DNA of 64,000 nucleotides, from the NCBI GenBank assembly GCA_018713865.1, contig DVOD01000046.1, forward strand, positions 249-64,248. Direction: 5' to 3'. Below are positions 49,280 through 59,048 of the stretch, piece after piece. Position 1 is the first letter of the stretch. The number at the start of each line of letters is the position of its first letter. This stretch comes from Candidatus Limenecus avicola. GTDB taxonomy: Bacteria; Cyanobacteriota; Vampirovibrionia; Gastranaerophilales; Gastranaerophilaceae. The translations under genes were made by a program, and so were the position numbers. A model generated the notes under the pieces. It made no database searches and had not been told where the DNA came from. It worked only from the letters and a program-made list of their open reading frames with translations.

Positions 49280-50200
49280 ATGAAAAAAGAACAAAAAGCA
49301 CTCGGCATTGATATAGGCGGGACTAAAATTCTGTACGGTATTGTTGACCAAAACGGCAATATAGTCTCTGATATACAAAAAAAACCAACACCCAAAACAG
49401 CGGGTGAAATCTACGAAACTTTAAAGAATATTATTGCCCTAAATTATGACAAAATTGACGCAGTTGGTTTGTCTTCCGCAGGAGCAGTAAATATTGAAAA
49501 CACACGCGTGTTAAGCTCAACGCCCAATTTGCCTTCAGGCTACAAGGACATTGATTTTTCTTCACTTTCAGATAAAAAAGTTTTTGTCGAAAATGATGCA
49601 AACTGTGCAGTGGTGGCAGAATACAAAATAGGAGCAGCTCAAGGTTACAATACAGTGCTTATGGCCACAATCGGAACAGGCATTGGCGGCGGAGTTGTGT
49701 CTGAAGGAAAGCTTTTTAGAGGTTCAACCGGTAATGCTCTGGAAATAGGCCATATGCGTATTTTTGCAGATAACAGACAAAAATGCACCTGTGGCAGATT
49801 CGACTGCTGGGAATCTTATGCGTCCGGTACAGGGCTGAAAAATTGTGCAAAAGAAGGTGTCAAAACATACAAGGAGTTTTCAACAAGCATTTTAAAAGAT
49901 AAAAATCCCGACGATATCACAACATATGATATTACAGACGGTGTTAAAAACGATGATGCTTTTTGCAAAAGGGTTTTTGAGCAGTGGCAATGCTACCTTT
50001 TTGTAGGTCTTGTTTCATTGACAAATGTTTTCAACCCCGATTGTATAGTAATATCTGGCGGTATGTGCAATTTTATTGATATAAAAAAACTTGAAGAAAA
50101 TATCAATAAAGAATCTGTTGTAACAGATGTGAAAGTTAAAGTGGCTATGACCGAAAATAATGCCGGAATGATAGGCGCGGGAGTACTTGCCCTTCAATAA
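49280..50200 (+). CDS. ROK-family sugar kinase (N-acetylmannosamine kinase/glucokinase-like)
   Basis: LGIDIGGTKI ATP-binding motif and the ROK zinc motif GHMRIF...CTCGRFDCWESYASG. Immediately follows nanE. Confidence 0.85.
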   Translation: MKKEQKALGIDIGGTKILYGIVDQNGNIVSDIQKKPTPKTAGEIYETLKNIIALNYDKIDAVGLSSAGAVNIENTRVLSSTPNLPSGYKDIDFSSLSDKKVFVENDANCAVVAEYKIGAAQGYNTVLMATIGTGIGGGVVSEGKLFRGSTGNALEIGHMRIFADNRQKCTCGRFDCWESYASGTGLKNCAKEGVKTYKEFSTSILKDKNPDDITTYDITDGVKNDDAFCKRVFEQWQCYLFVGLVSLTNVFNPDCIVISGGMCNFIDIKKLEENINKESVVTDVKVKVAMTENNAGMIGAGVLALQ

Positions 50201-50210
50201 AAACGGTAGT

Positions 50211-50246
50211 AAAAAAAGAAAAAGCCCGGAGCTAATTGTCCCGGGC
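50211..50246 (-). terminator. Intrinsic terminator of the first flagellin gene
   Basis: On the minus strand, GCCCGG-N11-CCGGGC is followed by a long T-rich run. It also sits just after the ROK kinase stop. Confidence 0.65.
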
Positions 50247-50301
50247 AAGTTGCCATCACCTATTATTGTAAATTTATCTATTGTTTGTAATGTTAAATTA
50301 A

Positions 50302-51213
50302 CTATTGAATCAAGTTCAAAGCTAATGAAGGTAATTGGTTTGCTTGAACCAACAAAGCTGATGATGTTTGTTGAAGAATTTGCTGTTTTGTATATTCAGC
50401 TGATTCTTCCGCAATGTCAGCATCCATAATTGTTGATTTTGCAGCTGTGTTGTTTTCAATAACTGTTGTTAAAGAAGTCAAAGCTGCGTCAAGTCTGTTC
50501 ATTGTCGCACCGATTGTAGACTTTTTAGAAGAAATGTCATCGATTGCTGCGTCAATAATATCAATGTACTGAGCTGCACTACTTGCATTCATAAAGGCTT
50601 CTTCAAGGTTTCCTGAAAGGCCAACATCAGGATCCAATTTTGAACCAGTGGCAAGTTGACCGTCATATGAACTTCCAAGTGTAGTTGAGTCAGTTTTTGC
50701 AAAGAAAGTTTTATCAAGAGAGATTGCGTTTGCTGCAGAATCAGCATTTGCACCTACTTGAAGTCTCAAACCATTTTCTGCAAGTTGACCTTCACCGGCT
50801 AACAGCTGCAAGCCGTTAAAGTTAGATGCAAGCGAAATTCTGTCGATTTCTTGTAAACGTTGATCGATTTCGTCTTTCATCGCACCCATAGCGCTTTCGT
50901 CATAGATACTGTTTGCGGCTTGTACTGACAAGTCTCTGATACGGTTGAGGTTGTCCAGGATAACGTCTAAGTCACCTTCTAATGTAGAAAGTACGTTGTT
51001 ACCTGTTGAAATGTTGTTTTTGGCTACTTTTGAACCACTGATTTGAGTGTTCAGGTTTGTTGCAACATAAAGACCTGCTGCGTCGTCTGCTGCTTTGTTG
51101 ATTTTCAAACCTGTTGACATTCTTTCCAATGCTGTTTGCAAAGAGTTTGAAGCATTGTTCAAGTTTTTTTGCGTTTTCAACGCAGACATGTTTGTGTTAA
51201 CGATAATTGCCAT
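50302..51213 (-). CDS. fliC: Flagellin (303 aa)
   Basis: MAIIVNTNMSALKTQKNL N-terminus, LNRIRDLSVQAAN block, and C-terminal STIMDADIAEESAEYTKQQILQQTSSALLVQANQLP. Confidence 0.93.
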   Translation of the reverse strand: MAIIVNTNMSALKTQKNLNNASNSLQTALERMSTGLKINKAADDAAGLYVATNLNTQISGSKVAKNNISTGNNVLSTLEGDLDVILDNLNRIRDLSVQAANSIYDESAMGAMKDEIDQRLQEIDRISLASNFNGLQLLAGEGQLAENGLRLQVGANADSAANAISLDKTFFAKTDSTTLGSSYDGQLATGSKLDPDVGLSGNLEEAFMNASSAAQYIDIIDAAIDDISSKKSTIGATMNRLDAALTSLTTVIENNTAAKSTIMDADIAEESAEYTKQQILQQTSSALLVQANQLPSLALNLIQ

Positions 51214-51238
51214 ACGATTCTCCTTTCGGCATACCCTA

Positions 51239-51253
51239 TTTACATCCTGTAAA
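51239..51253 (-). promoter_or_regulatory. Putative CsrA-binding hairpin in the flagellin leader
   Basis: The mRNA reads UUUACA-GGA-UGUAAA, a 6-bp stem presenting GGA in the loop, about 25 nt upstream of the AAGGAG SD. Confidence 0.45.
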
Positions 51254-51430
51254 TTTTAATAGACTGTAATTCTCTTAACTAATCTACCTATCTAATAGCT
51301 AATCGCCTATTTAGACTGTGAATTTTCTATCTATCCTGTTCTTCACATACATATAATACAGGTTTGAATTTGAATACTTAATTCTTAAAAAGTTAGAAGT
51401 TTTTAAAACTAAAGTATGAAATTAAAGCAA

Positions 51431-51458
51431 AATAAAAAGCCGAAGGTTTCCCTTCGGC
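51431..51458 (-). terminator. Intrinsic terminator of the second flagellin gene
   Basis: On the minus strand, GCCGAAGG-GAAA-CCTTCGGC is followed by TTTTTATTTT. Confidence 0.85.
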
Positions 51459-51503
51459 GGTAATTATCGTTAACTATCTATTGTTTTTGTTTAAAATATT
51501 TTA

Positions 51504-52340
51504 TTAAGAACCTCTGATTAAAGTTAAAGCAATAGAAGGCAGATTGTTTGCCTGTATCAGCAGTGTTGAAGAGGTTTGCTGCAATATTTGTGCCTTAGTA
51601 TAATTTGAGGTTTCTTCCGCAATATCTGCATCCATAATCGTTGACAAGGCTGCAGATGCGTTTTCAATTGTTGTCATAAGTGCTTCTTGAGCAGAGCCCA
51701 ATCTGTTTTGAACAGCACCCATTTCTGCTTTTCTTGTTGCAATAGTTTTTAATGCTGTATCACAAGCTGTTATTGCAGCTGTTGCACCTGCCGCAGAGCT
51801 TACATCAGCCGTTAATGTTACTGCGGCAAATGAAGCTTTGTCTATTTTTATCTGGTTTTCTGCTGCAGCAGCATTGGCTCCAACTTGCAGTGTCAGTCCA
51901 TCTTTGCCCAGCCCGGCAGTTGCATCAAATAATTTGATACCGTTAAAATCTGCAGCTGATTGCACCCTTGTAATTTCTGCGATACGTGCTGTTACCTCGT
52001 TTTGCATTGCGGTTAAAGAATCTGTATCATAAACTCCGTTGGCTGCCTGTACAGCAAGGTCTCTGATACGGGTAATATTATCTTCTACTACATCGAGGGT
52101 TCCTTCTGCCATTTGCAAAACATTCAGGCCTGTTGCAACGTTTGAGTTTGCAACTTTAGAGCCGCTTATTTGAGTGCTCAATTTTGCCGCAATAAAATAT
52201 CCTGCAGCATCATCCGCTGCCGAATTGATTTTTAAACCTGTTGATAATCTCTCTAACGCTTTACTAAGACTATTTGTAGCCATTGTAAGATTGTTCTGCG
52301 TTTTTAATGCAGAAACGTTCGTGTTAACGATAATTGCCAT
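51504..52340 (-). CDS. fliC: Flagellin (278 aa)
   Basis: MAIIVNTNVSALKTQNNL, ITRIRDLAVQAAN, and C-terminal STIMDADIAEETSNYTKAQILQQTSSTLLIQANNLP. Confidence 0.93.
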   Translation of the reverse strand: MAIIVNTNVSALKTQNNLTMATNSLSKALERLSTGLKINSAADDAAGYFIAAKLSTQISGSKVANSNVATGLNVLQMAEGTLDVVEDNITRIRDLAVQAANGVYDTDSLTAMQNEVTARIAEITRVQSAADFNGIKLFDATAGLGKDGLTLQVGANAAAAENQIKIDKASFAAVTLTADVSSAAGATAAITACDTALKTIATRKAEMGAVQNRLGSAQEALMTTIENASAALSTIMDADIAEETSNYTKAQILQQTSSTLLIQANNLPSIALTLIRGS

Positions 52341-52373
52341 GAATTATCTCCTTTCGCATATCCTTTTGTAAAT

Positions 52374-52383
52374 ACATCCCTGT
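52374..52383 (-). promoter_or_regulatory. Putative CsrA-binding site in the flagellin leader
   Basis: The mRNA reads ACAGGGAUGU, which matches the ACARGGAUGU core of the CsrA consensus. Further GGA motifs lie at AAAAGGAUAU and in the AAGGAG SD. Confidence 0.45.
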
Positions 52384-52560
52384 GTTTTGTATTCTCATAT
52401 TAAAGTATGGAAGGTTGTATTTTAATTCACATTAAGTTTGAGATTTCTACAACCAAAGTATAAAAAATACAAAAATTGGCATGCAAAAATAAACTTTTGT
52501 ATGAAAAGCACAACTTTTTTACGGCAATTGCCGGCAGTTTATACAACTTTTGAATCAGGG

Positions 52561-53436
52561 TTATGCAAGTGCGTTGATAAGTTTTAATGCAAGCACGCCT
52601 TGAGCCTGATTTGCTTGTGTTAACAAAGAAGAAGCCGTTTGCTGCAGCAGCTGATTTTTTATATAATTGGCTGTCTCTGCCGCAACATCTGCATCCATAA
52701 CAGTTGAATATGCACTTGTAAGGTTTTCGTTTTTAGTGATAAGGCTGTCTGTAATAGACTCAAGTCTTGCATTGTAGATGCCTGCTGTTGATATTCTTTC
52801 TGTGACAATATCAGCAGAATCTTGAACTATATCAATAAATTGAGCAGCAGTACTTGCATTTGCAAAAGCAGCATCTATATCTGCAAACTTGCTTGAACCA
52901 CCAACAAGATTTAAAGACTCTACATCTGCTTTTTCAAAAACACCTGTCACTGTCAAAGAGTTTGTTGCGGGGTCGGCATTTGGCCCTATTTGAAGTCTTA
53001 CTCCACCTGCTTGTGTTCCGTCCAAAAGCTGCACTTTATTAAGTTTTGATTCTTTGGCAATTCGGTTTATTTCTTCCACACGCTGTTTAGCTTCAGCTTT
53101 TATAGCGTTTTTTTGCTCATCAGTAAGGGATGAATTGGAATACTGTGTTGCCAGATCTTTGATTCTTTCCAATTGAGTATTAATATTGCTCAAATCACCA
53201 GATGCGGTAGTAATCATATTTATACCCATCTGCACATTGCTATATGCAGCATTTACACCGCTTATTTGAGAGTTAAGACCGGTAGCATAATATAATCCGG
53301 CAGGATCATCTTTTGCACTGTTGATTTTGCTACCTGTTGTTAATCTTTCAAGGCTCTGGTTCAAACCCCAAGAAGCTCTTGTGAGTGCATTTTGCGCCTT
53401 GAGTGCAGGCACATTCGTATTAATGACGATAGGCAT
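52561..53436 (-). CDS. fliC: Flagellin (291 aa, the most divergent of the tandem three)
   Basis: MPIVINTNVPALKAQNAL, LERIKDLATQYSN, and C-terminal VMDADVAAETANYIKNQLLQQTASSLLTQANQ. Confidence 0.9.
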   Translation of the reverse strand: MPIVINTNVPALKAQNALTRASWGLNQSLERLTTGSKINSAKDDPAGLYYATGLNSQISGVNAAYSNVQMGINMITTASGDLSNINTQLERIKDLATQYSNSSLTDEQKNAIKAEAKQRVEEINRIAKESKLNKVQLLDGTQAGGVRLQIGPNADPATNSLTVTGVFEKADVESLNLVGGSSKFADIDAAFANASTAAQFIDIVQDSADIVTERISTAGIYNARLESITDSLITKNENLTSAYSTVMDADVAAETANYIKNQLLQQTASSLLTQANQAQGVLALKLINALA

Positions 53437-53462
53437 AATTTATAAATCCCTTTTACACAGCA

Positions 53463-53476
53463 GCCATATCCCTGGC
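53463..53476 (-). promoter_or_regulatory. Putative CsrA-binding hairpin in the flagellin leader
   Basis: The mRNA reads GCCA-GGGAUA-UGGC, with GGA in the loop. The SD region AAAAGGGAUU also carries a GGA. Confidence 0.4.
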
Positions 53477-53736
53477 CACAACGATACTGATACTTAAGTT
53501 GTATTATTTAAACAATAGATAAATCAGGAAAAAACGACGTTCCCTACAACTTTAGTATAGATATTTTTTTATAAGATATGAACCCTAATTTGAAGAAGTT
53601 TTACAAAACTAAATATAAATTTTATATACATGTGTAATACATGCCGTATGTCTGCGTTTCAGACAAAACTTGTACTGCTTTATATCGCGTGATAATATTG
53701 AGACAGATGGTAGTTACATTAAAAAAAGGTTACATT

Positions 53737-54390
53737 ATGAAAAAAGAATTAATTTTTATGGGCCCTCCCGCAAGCGGAAAAGGTACTCAAACAAAAAAAC
53801 TGGCTGCTGACACAGGATTCATCCACGTAGATACAGGTTCTTTATTAAGAGCTGCAATGGCAGAAGGTACTGAAGCAGGAAAAATTGCCAAAGACTATGT
53901 TGAAAAAGGCGCGCTTGTTCCCGTAGAAGTTGTTGCTCAAATCATAAAAGACAGATTGTCTCAAGACGATGTCCAAAAAGGTTTTATCCTGGACGGATTC
54001 CCAAGAAGCATTGAACAGGCTAATATGCTTGATGAAATGCTTAAAGAAATCGATGCAGGTAAAGAAGTTTCTACAAAAGTTATTTACTTTGACGTTCCTA
54101 TAGAAAACCTTATGGAAAGAATCATTTACAGACGCTCTTGCCCGAAATGCGGTGCAATATACAATCTTAAAACAATGCCTATCAAACAGGAAGGTATTTG
54201 TGATGCTTGCGGCGGTGAGCTGGTACAAAGAAAAGATGACACAGAAGAAATCGCTAAAAACAGATTTGACACATATTTTGCACAAACTGCTCCGTTAATC
54301 GATTTTTATGAAAAAAGAGGAATCCTCAAAAAGATTGATGCCACAGGCAGTGTTGACGAAATTTATGCTAAGTTAAAAGAAATTATATAA
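53737..54390 (+). CDS. adk: Adenylate kinase (zinc-lid type)
   Basis: P-loop MGPPASGKGTQ directly after the MKKEL start. Lid CPKCGAIYN...CDACGG. The track's start at 53641 adds a non-homologous 32-aa extension. Confidence 0.93.
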   Translation: MKKELIFMGPPASGKGTQTKKLAADTGFIHVDTGSLLRAAMAEGTEAGKIAKDYVEKGALVPVEVVAQIIKDRLSQDDVQKGFILDGFPRSIEQANMLDEMLKEIDAGKEVSTKVIYFDVPIENLMERIIYRRSCPKCGAIYNLKTMPIKQEGICDACGGELVQRKDDTEEIAKNRFDTYFAQTAPLIDFYEKRGILKKIDATGSVDEIYAKLKEII

Positions 54391-54406
54391 GAAAGAAGTA
54401 ATATAA

Positions 54407-55159
54407 ATGGCAGTTCACAAAAAATCACGTGAAGAAATAAAGCTGATGAAAGAAGCCGGCAACATTGTTGCACTGGTTCATCAGGAAATGAAAAGAATCA
54501 TAGAACCAGGCGTGTCTACAAAATATCTTGATGACGCTGCTATGAGAATAATCAAAGAACACAAGGCTATTCCTACCTTTTTGGGATACAACGGTTTTCC
54601 CGCTTCGATTTGCGCCTCTGTTAACGGAGAGGTTGTACACGGCATTCCAAGAGAATCATGTATCTTAAAAGAAGGCGATATTGTAAGTATTGATGTTGGA
54701 GCAACATACAGAGGCCTTGTTGGTGACGGTGCGTGGACTTATCCTGTCGGTGAAATTTCAGATGAGTGCAAAATGCTTCTTGAAACAACAGAAAGAGCCC
54801 TTATGGCAGCTATTTCTGTTATGAAAGATAACACGCTCCTTGATGATGTATCCGGTGCTGTTGAAGACGTTGCAAAAGAAAAAGGGCTGGGAATTGTGCG
54901 CCAGTACGGCGGTCACGGTGTTGGCAGACAAATGCACGAAGAGCCTTTTGTTTTTAACTACAGGGTCGGCAACAAATTTGTCATCAAAAACGGTATGACA
55001 ATTGCAATAGAGCCAATGCTCAATCTTGGCGGTGATGATGTACATACTCTCGAAGATGACTGGACAGTTGTAACAAATGACGGCAAGCCGTCAGCACATT
55101 TTGAACACACTATCCACGTTACTGACGGAGAAGCTGAAATACTTACAAAACTGTTATAA
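54407..55159 (+). CDS. map: Type I methionine aminopeptidase
   Basis: Metal-ligand blocks VHGIP, DIVSIDVGA, GDGAWT, GHGVGRQMHEEP and IAIEPM, plus HFEHT. Confidence 0.95.
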   Translation: MAVHKKSREEIKLMKEAGNIVALVHQEMKRIIEPGVSTKYLDDAAMRIIKEHKAIPTFLGYNGFPASICASVNGEVVHGIPRESCILKEGDIVSIDVGATYRGLVGDGAWTYPVGEISDECKMLLETTERALMAAISVMKDNTLLDDVSGAVEDVAKEKGLGIVRQYGGHGVGRQMHEEPFVFNYRVGNKFVIKNGMTIAIEPMLNLGGDDVHTLEDDWTVVTNDGKPSAHFEHTIHVTDGEAEILTKLL

Positions 55160-55177
55160 TTTTATAAGTATAAAAAA

Positions 55178-55211
55178 GAGAACCCTTGTAATATCAGGGG
55201 TTCTCTTTTTT
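55178..55211 (+). terminator. Intrinsic terminator after map
   Basis: GAGAACCC-N12-GGGTTCTC followed by T6. Confidence 0.85.
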
Positions 55212-55320
55212 GTGAAGAAATGTTAACAATAAAATGTTCAAAAAGGCAATTTTTTAACAGAGAAATTGTTTATATATGTAAGGGAATTAAAGGGATTACA
55301 TTTTATAGGGAGAAAATATC

Positions 55321-55560
55321 ATGGCAGTTGGACCAAGAGATTACATTGATCAGTTGTTAGTTAAAAAATATGCAGACGAAAAAGTTGATAACCCACAGAT
55401 TGCAAAAATGGTTGAACCGGAAAAAATGATGAATGCAATGGGTGATTTTTCTGATATGAGAAAAAATATGATGCTTTTAAATAACAAATTAAACAGCGTT
55501 TGTGCAGCGTTAAATGCAAAAGCAGCACAATACAGATGTTCAAGGTTTGCAACAGCATAG
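55321..55560 (+). CDS. Hypothetical 79-aa protein
   Basis: RBS AGGGAG upstream. Met-rich helical sequence. No family recognised. Confidence 0.45.
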   Translation: MAVGPRDYIDQLLVKKYADEKVDNPQIAKMVEPEKMMNAMGDFSDMRKNMMLLNNKLNSVCAALNAKAAQYRCSRFATA

Positions 55561-55597
55561 TTTAATGCCTGTACAGATTTCGTGCTAGAATAGCACT

Positions 55598-56209
55598 ATG
55601 AAAGATTTATTAAACAAAAAAATTGTTCTTGCCTCGCAATCTCCGAGGCGTCACTCTCTTATAAAAAAGCTCGATGTCGACTTTGATGTTGTCTCTCCTT
55701 CTTTTGATGAAAAGCTGGACTCGGACAATTACACTGACGACGCTATAAAATCCCTCTCTCTAAAAAAAGCTTTGTCCGTACTTGAAAATAGTCAAGATAC
55801 GGACATTTGCGCGTGTAATAAATACAAAGATTGTTTGATAATAAGTGCTGATACGATGGTTGTTCTAAACAACAAAATATACGGCAAGCCAAAAAGCGAA
55901 CAACGAGCAAAGCAAATGCTAAAAGAATTAAGCGGCCAAAGACATTTTGTTGTTACAGCGGTGACAGTACTGGACGCTGATACAAAACAGTCCATAACAG
56001 AAGTTGTAAAAACATACGTGACTTTTCAAGATTTATCTGATGAGCTTATAGACTCTTATGTAACAACCAACAAACCGCTGGATAAAGCAGGTGCCTACGG
56101 AATACAAGAGATGGGCTCTGATTTTATAAAAGAAGTTGACGGTGATTTGGAAAACGTAATAGGCTTGCCAACAAAAACTCTTCGCAAAATATTGGAAGAG
56201 TTTTCGTAA
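55598..56209 (+). CDS. maf: Maf-family nucleoside triphosphate pyrophosphatase
   Basis: IVLASQSPRR N-terminus, SADT block, and DKAGAYGIQE near the C-terminus. Confidence 0.9.
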   Translation: MKDLLNKKIVLASQSPRRHSLIKKLDVDFDVVSPSFDEKLDSDNYTDDAIKSLSLKKALSVLENSQDTDICACNKYKDCLIISADTMVVLNNKIYGKPKSEQRAKQMLKELSGQRHFVVTAVTVLDADTKQSITEVVKTYVTFQDLSDELIDSYVTTNKPLDKAGAYGIQEMGSDFIKEVDGDLENVIGLPTKTLRKILEEFS

Positions 56210-56231
56210 GTATTTTTAATGTTTTTACAAA

Positions 56232-59048
56232 TTACAAATCTTTGCCGCAGCAGTTTTTGTATTTTTTGCCGCTTCCGCACGGGCAAGGGTCATTTCTGCC
56301 GATTTTATCACCTTTTTGCACCGGTGCGTGAGAGGGTTCTTCGTCTTCAGATGGAGCTTTAAATTCCTGTGCAGCCTGTGAAAGCTGTGTTTGGATAACT
56401 TCATCGTCTTTTCTGTTAACAATCTGTACGCCAAAACGTGTTCTAAACAGGTACTTAACTGTTTCTGACTGGATTTCGTACATCATGTTGTTAAACAGGT
56501 CATAAGCCTCTCTTTTATATTCTATAAGAGGGTCTTTTTGACCGTATGCACGAAGCCCGATGCCGTCACGGAGCATATCGATATTATGCAGGTGGTCAAT
56601 CCATTTATTATCTACAACACGCAAAAGTATATCTTTTTCGATATTTCTCATTACATTTTTATGTGAGAAAGGTTCTTCAGGTACAAAGACTTCTTCGTAC
56701 TGCTGTTGTATATCGTTATAGAATCTTATTGTATTTTCTTCGTGTTCTCTGTATGCATCTATTGCAAGTTTTTTAAACTTTTCAAAGATGGATTCGTAGC
56801 TCAAACCTTGAATATCGTTTACTTCAAGATAAGAAAGCTGAGGAATGAGAGAGTGGACTTCTTTTACCATTCCGAGCATATCTTCATAGATATATTCCTG
56901 CGGGTTTTGGCCGGGAGAAATATAGCTTTTTATGATTCTGTCCATCTCTTTTTCTATCATATAGTAGATATCCGGTGTCAGGTCTTCGCCTTTTAGCACT
57001 CTTCGTCTTTGCTGATAGAATTTTTCTCTTTGAACGTTCATTACGTCATCGTATTCAAGCACGCTTTTTCTTATATCAAAGTGATAGGTTTCCACTTTTC
57101 TTTGAGAAGCCTGTATTTGCCTTGTAATCAGTTTTGATTCAATAGCCATATCTTCTTCTACATTAAGAGTGTTCATAAGATTAATAATGTGCTGTCCGCC
57201 AAAGATTCTCATCAGGTCGTCTTCTAAAGATAAGAAAAATCTTGTTGAACCAGGATCCCCCTGTCTTGCGGCACGGCCTCTTAACTGGTTATCAATACGG
57301 CGGGATTCATGTCTTTCTGTACCAATAACGTGAAGACCGCCGGCTTGAACAACTTTTTCGTGTTCTGCTTCAGTAATTGCTTTTGCTTCTTTTAAAGCAG
57401 CATCTCTTTCTGTTTCATAATTGGGGCTTTCAGGTGTAATACCTTTGCTGTCGAGCATATCTTTTGCAAGATACTCTGCGTTACCGCCTAAAAGAATATC
57501 TGTACCACGGCCGGCCATGTTGGTTGCAATCGTAACTGCTCCAAAACGGCCTGCCTGTGCAATGATATAAGCTTCTTTTTCGTGGTGTTTTGCGTTTAGT
57601 ACATTGTGTTTGATTCCGCGCTTTTTAAGAAGTTCAGAGATATACTCTGATTTGTCGATACTGATTGTACCGACAAGTACAGGTCTGCCTTGTTCATGCA
57701 TTTGTGCAATTTCATCAACAACAGCGAGATATTTTTGTTTTTGTGATTTATACACAACATCAGGAAGGTTAATTCTGATATCCGGTTTGTTAGTCGGAAT
57801 AGTTGTAACTTCAAGGTTATAAATCTTGCCGAATTCTGCTTCTTCTGTCATTGCAGTACCTGTCATGCCGGATAGTTTTGGGTATAGCCTAAACAGGTTC
57901 TGGAAAGTTATGCTCGCAAGAGTCTGGGTTTCGTCTTGAATTTTTACGCCTTCTTTTGCTTCAACAGCCTGATGCAAACCGTCAGACCAGCGTCTTCCGT
58001 CCATCAAGCGGCCTGTAAATTCGTCAACAATAACAACTTCGCCGTTTTTGATAACGTAATCAGTATCTTTTTGATAGAGTTCTTTTGCTTTTAATGCCTG
58101 CAAAAGATGGTGTGCATACTGATTGGACACGTCAAACAGGTCTTCTATTCCAAGAAGCTGTTCAGCTCTATCAATGCCTTCTTCTGAAAGGATTACGTTC
58201 TTATTTTTTTCATCCACTTCGTAGTCCACATCTTTTTTGAGCTGCGGTGCAATTTTTGACATTGTTTGATAAAGCTGGGCTGATTGTTCCAGACGGCCGG
58301 AGATGATCAAAGGAGTTCTTGCTTCGTCAATTAAGATAGAGTCAACTTCATCGATAATTGCATAGTTATACGGGCGCTGCACAAGCATTTCCATGCTGCC
58401 GGCCATGTTGTCTCTAAGATAGTCAAAACCGAATTCATTGTTCGTTCCGTAGGTAATATCACATTCATAAGCAGCTTTTTTGCGTTCAAAATCATCAAGA
58501 CCGCGTTCCTGATTTGCAAGAATAACGCCAACAGACAGGCCGAGGAATTTGTAGATTTTACCCATCCACTCGCTGTCGCGTTTTGCAAGGTAGTCGTTTA
58601 CTGTGATAACGTGGACGCCTTTTCCTGTCAGGGCATTGAGGTATGCGGGCAAAGTGGCAACAAGGGTTTTACCTTCGCCTGTTCTCATCTCTGCAATATG
58701 GCCGTTATGAAGAAAAATACCGCCAATCAGCTGGACATCAAAGTGACGCATATTCAAAACACGTTTGCCGGCTTCTCTTACAACTGCAAAAGCTTCTGGC
58801 AAGATTTCATCAAGAGCTTTTTTCTCCAGTGCTCTGTCTTTTTTAAAATCAGACGAATACTCTCTGTTTTTTAAATGTTCTTTAAACTCCTGTGTTTTAG
58901 CCCTAAGCTCGTCGTCTGTAAGCTTTTCCATTTCCGGTTCAAGTTTGTTTATGTGCTCGACAATCGGCATCATTTTTTTTACTTTATTAGCATTTGGATC
59001 ACCCAGCAGTTTTAGTAATAAATCAATCATTATATGAAAATTCCCCAT
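56232..59048 (-). CDS. secA: Preprotein translocase ATPase SecA
   Basis: Walker [14 protein letters not shown]-like DEVDS, and the C-terminal zinc finger [14 protein letters not shown]. The true start may be the ATG at 59030 ([10 protein letters not shown]...). Confidence 0.96.
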   Translation of the reverse strand: MGNFHIMIDLLLKLLGDPNANKVKKMMPIVEHINKLEPEMEKLTDDELRAKTQEFKEHLKNREYSSDFKKDRALEKKALDEILPEAFAVVREAGKRVLNMRHFDVQLIGGIFLHNGHIAEMRTGEGKTLVATLPAYLNALTGKGVHVITVNDYLAKRDSEWMGKIYKFLGLSVGVILANQERGLDDFERKKAAYECDITYGTNNEFGFDYLRDNMAGSMEMLVQRPYNYAIIDEVDSILIDEARTPLIISGRLEQSAQLYQTMSKIAPQLKKDVDYEVDEKNKNVILSEEGIDRAEQLLGIEDLFDVSNQYAHHLLQALKAKELYQKDTDYVIKNGEVVIVDEFTGRLMDGRRWSDGLHQAVEAKEGVKIQDETQTLASITFQNLFRLYPKLSGMTGTAMTEEAEFGKIYNLEVTTIPTNKPDIRINLPDVVYKSQKQKYLAVVDEIAQMHEQGRPVLVGTISIDKSEYISELLKKRGIKHNVLNAKHHEKEAYIIAQAGRFGAVTIATNMAGRGTDILLGGNAEYLAKDMLDSKGITPESPNYETERDAALKEAKAITEAEHEKVVQAGGLHVIGTERHESRRIDNQLRGRAARQGDPGSTRFFLSLEDDLMRIFGGQHIINLMNTLNVEEDMAIESKLITRQIQASQRKVETYHFDIRKSVLEYDDVMNVQREKFYQQRRRVLKGEDLTPDIYYMIEKEMDRIIKSYISPGQNPQEYIYEDMLGMVKEVHSLIPQLSYLEVNDIQGLSYESIFEKFKKLAIDAYREHEENTIRFYNDIQQQYEEVFVPEEPFSHKNVMRNIEKDILLRVVDNKWIDHLHNIDMLRDGIGLRAYGQKDPLIEYKREAYDLFNNMMYEIQSETVKYLFRTRFGVQIVNRKDDEVIQTQLSQAAQEFKAPSEDEEPSHAPVQKGDKIGRNDPCPCGSGKKYKNCCGKDL

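Noticed and set aside
48512-49395. Minus-strand ORFs of 81-156 aa (48512-48982, 48814-49125, 49088-49378, 49150-49395) overlapping nanE and the start of the ROK kinase gene.
   Set aside because: They are antisense to genes with clear family motifs. The translations are Cys/Phe/Tyr-rich and implausible.
51254-53640. A search for sigma-28 (FliA) promoters (TAAA-N15-GCCGATAA type) upstream of the three flagellin genes.
   Set aside because: I found only weak partial matches, for example TAAA-N14-TTAGATAG before the first gene and a sigma-70-like TTAAAA-17-TAATAT before the second. In AT-rich sequence these are not distinguishable from chance by eye.
53641-53736. A 32-aa N-terminal extension of adenylate kinase in the ORF track. 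A similar 12-aa extension of nanE starts at 48536, and an 81-aa extension of the nuclease ORF reaches up to 63928.
   Set aside because: The family-typical N-termini (MKKELIFMGPPASGKGTQ, MDNIVAQIKNKVIVSVQA, and the signal peptide MNKHLL preceded by AAGGAGG) begin at internal ATGs. The extensions have no homology-like features.
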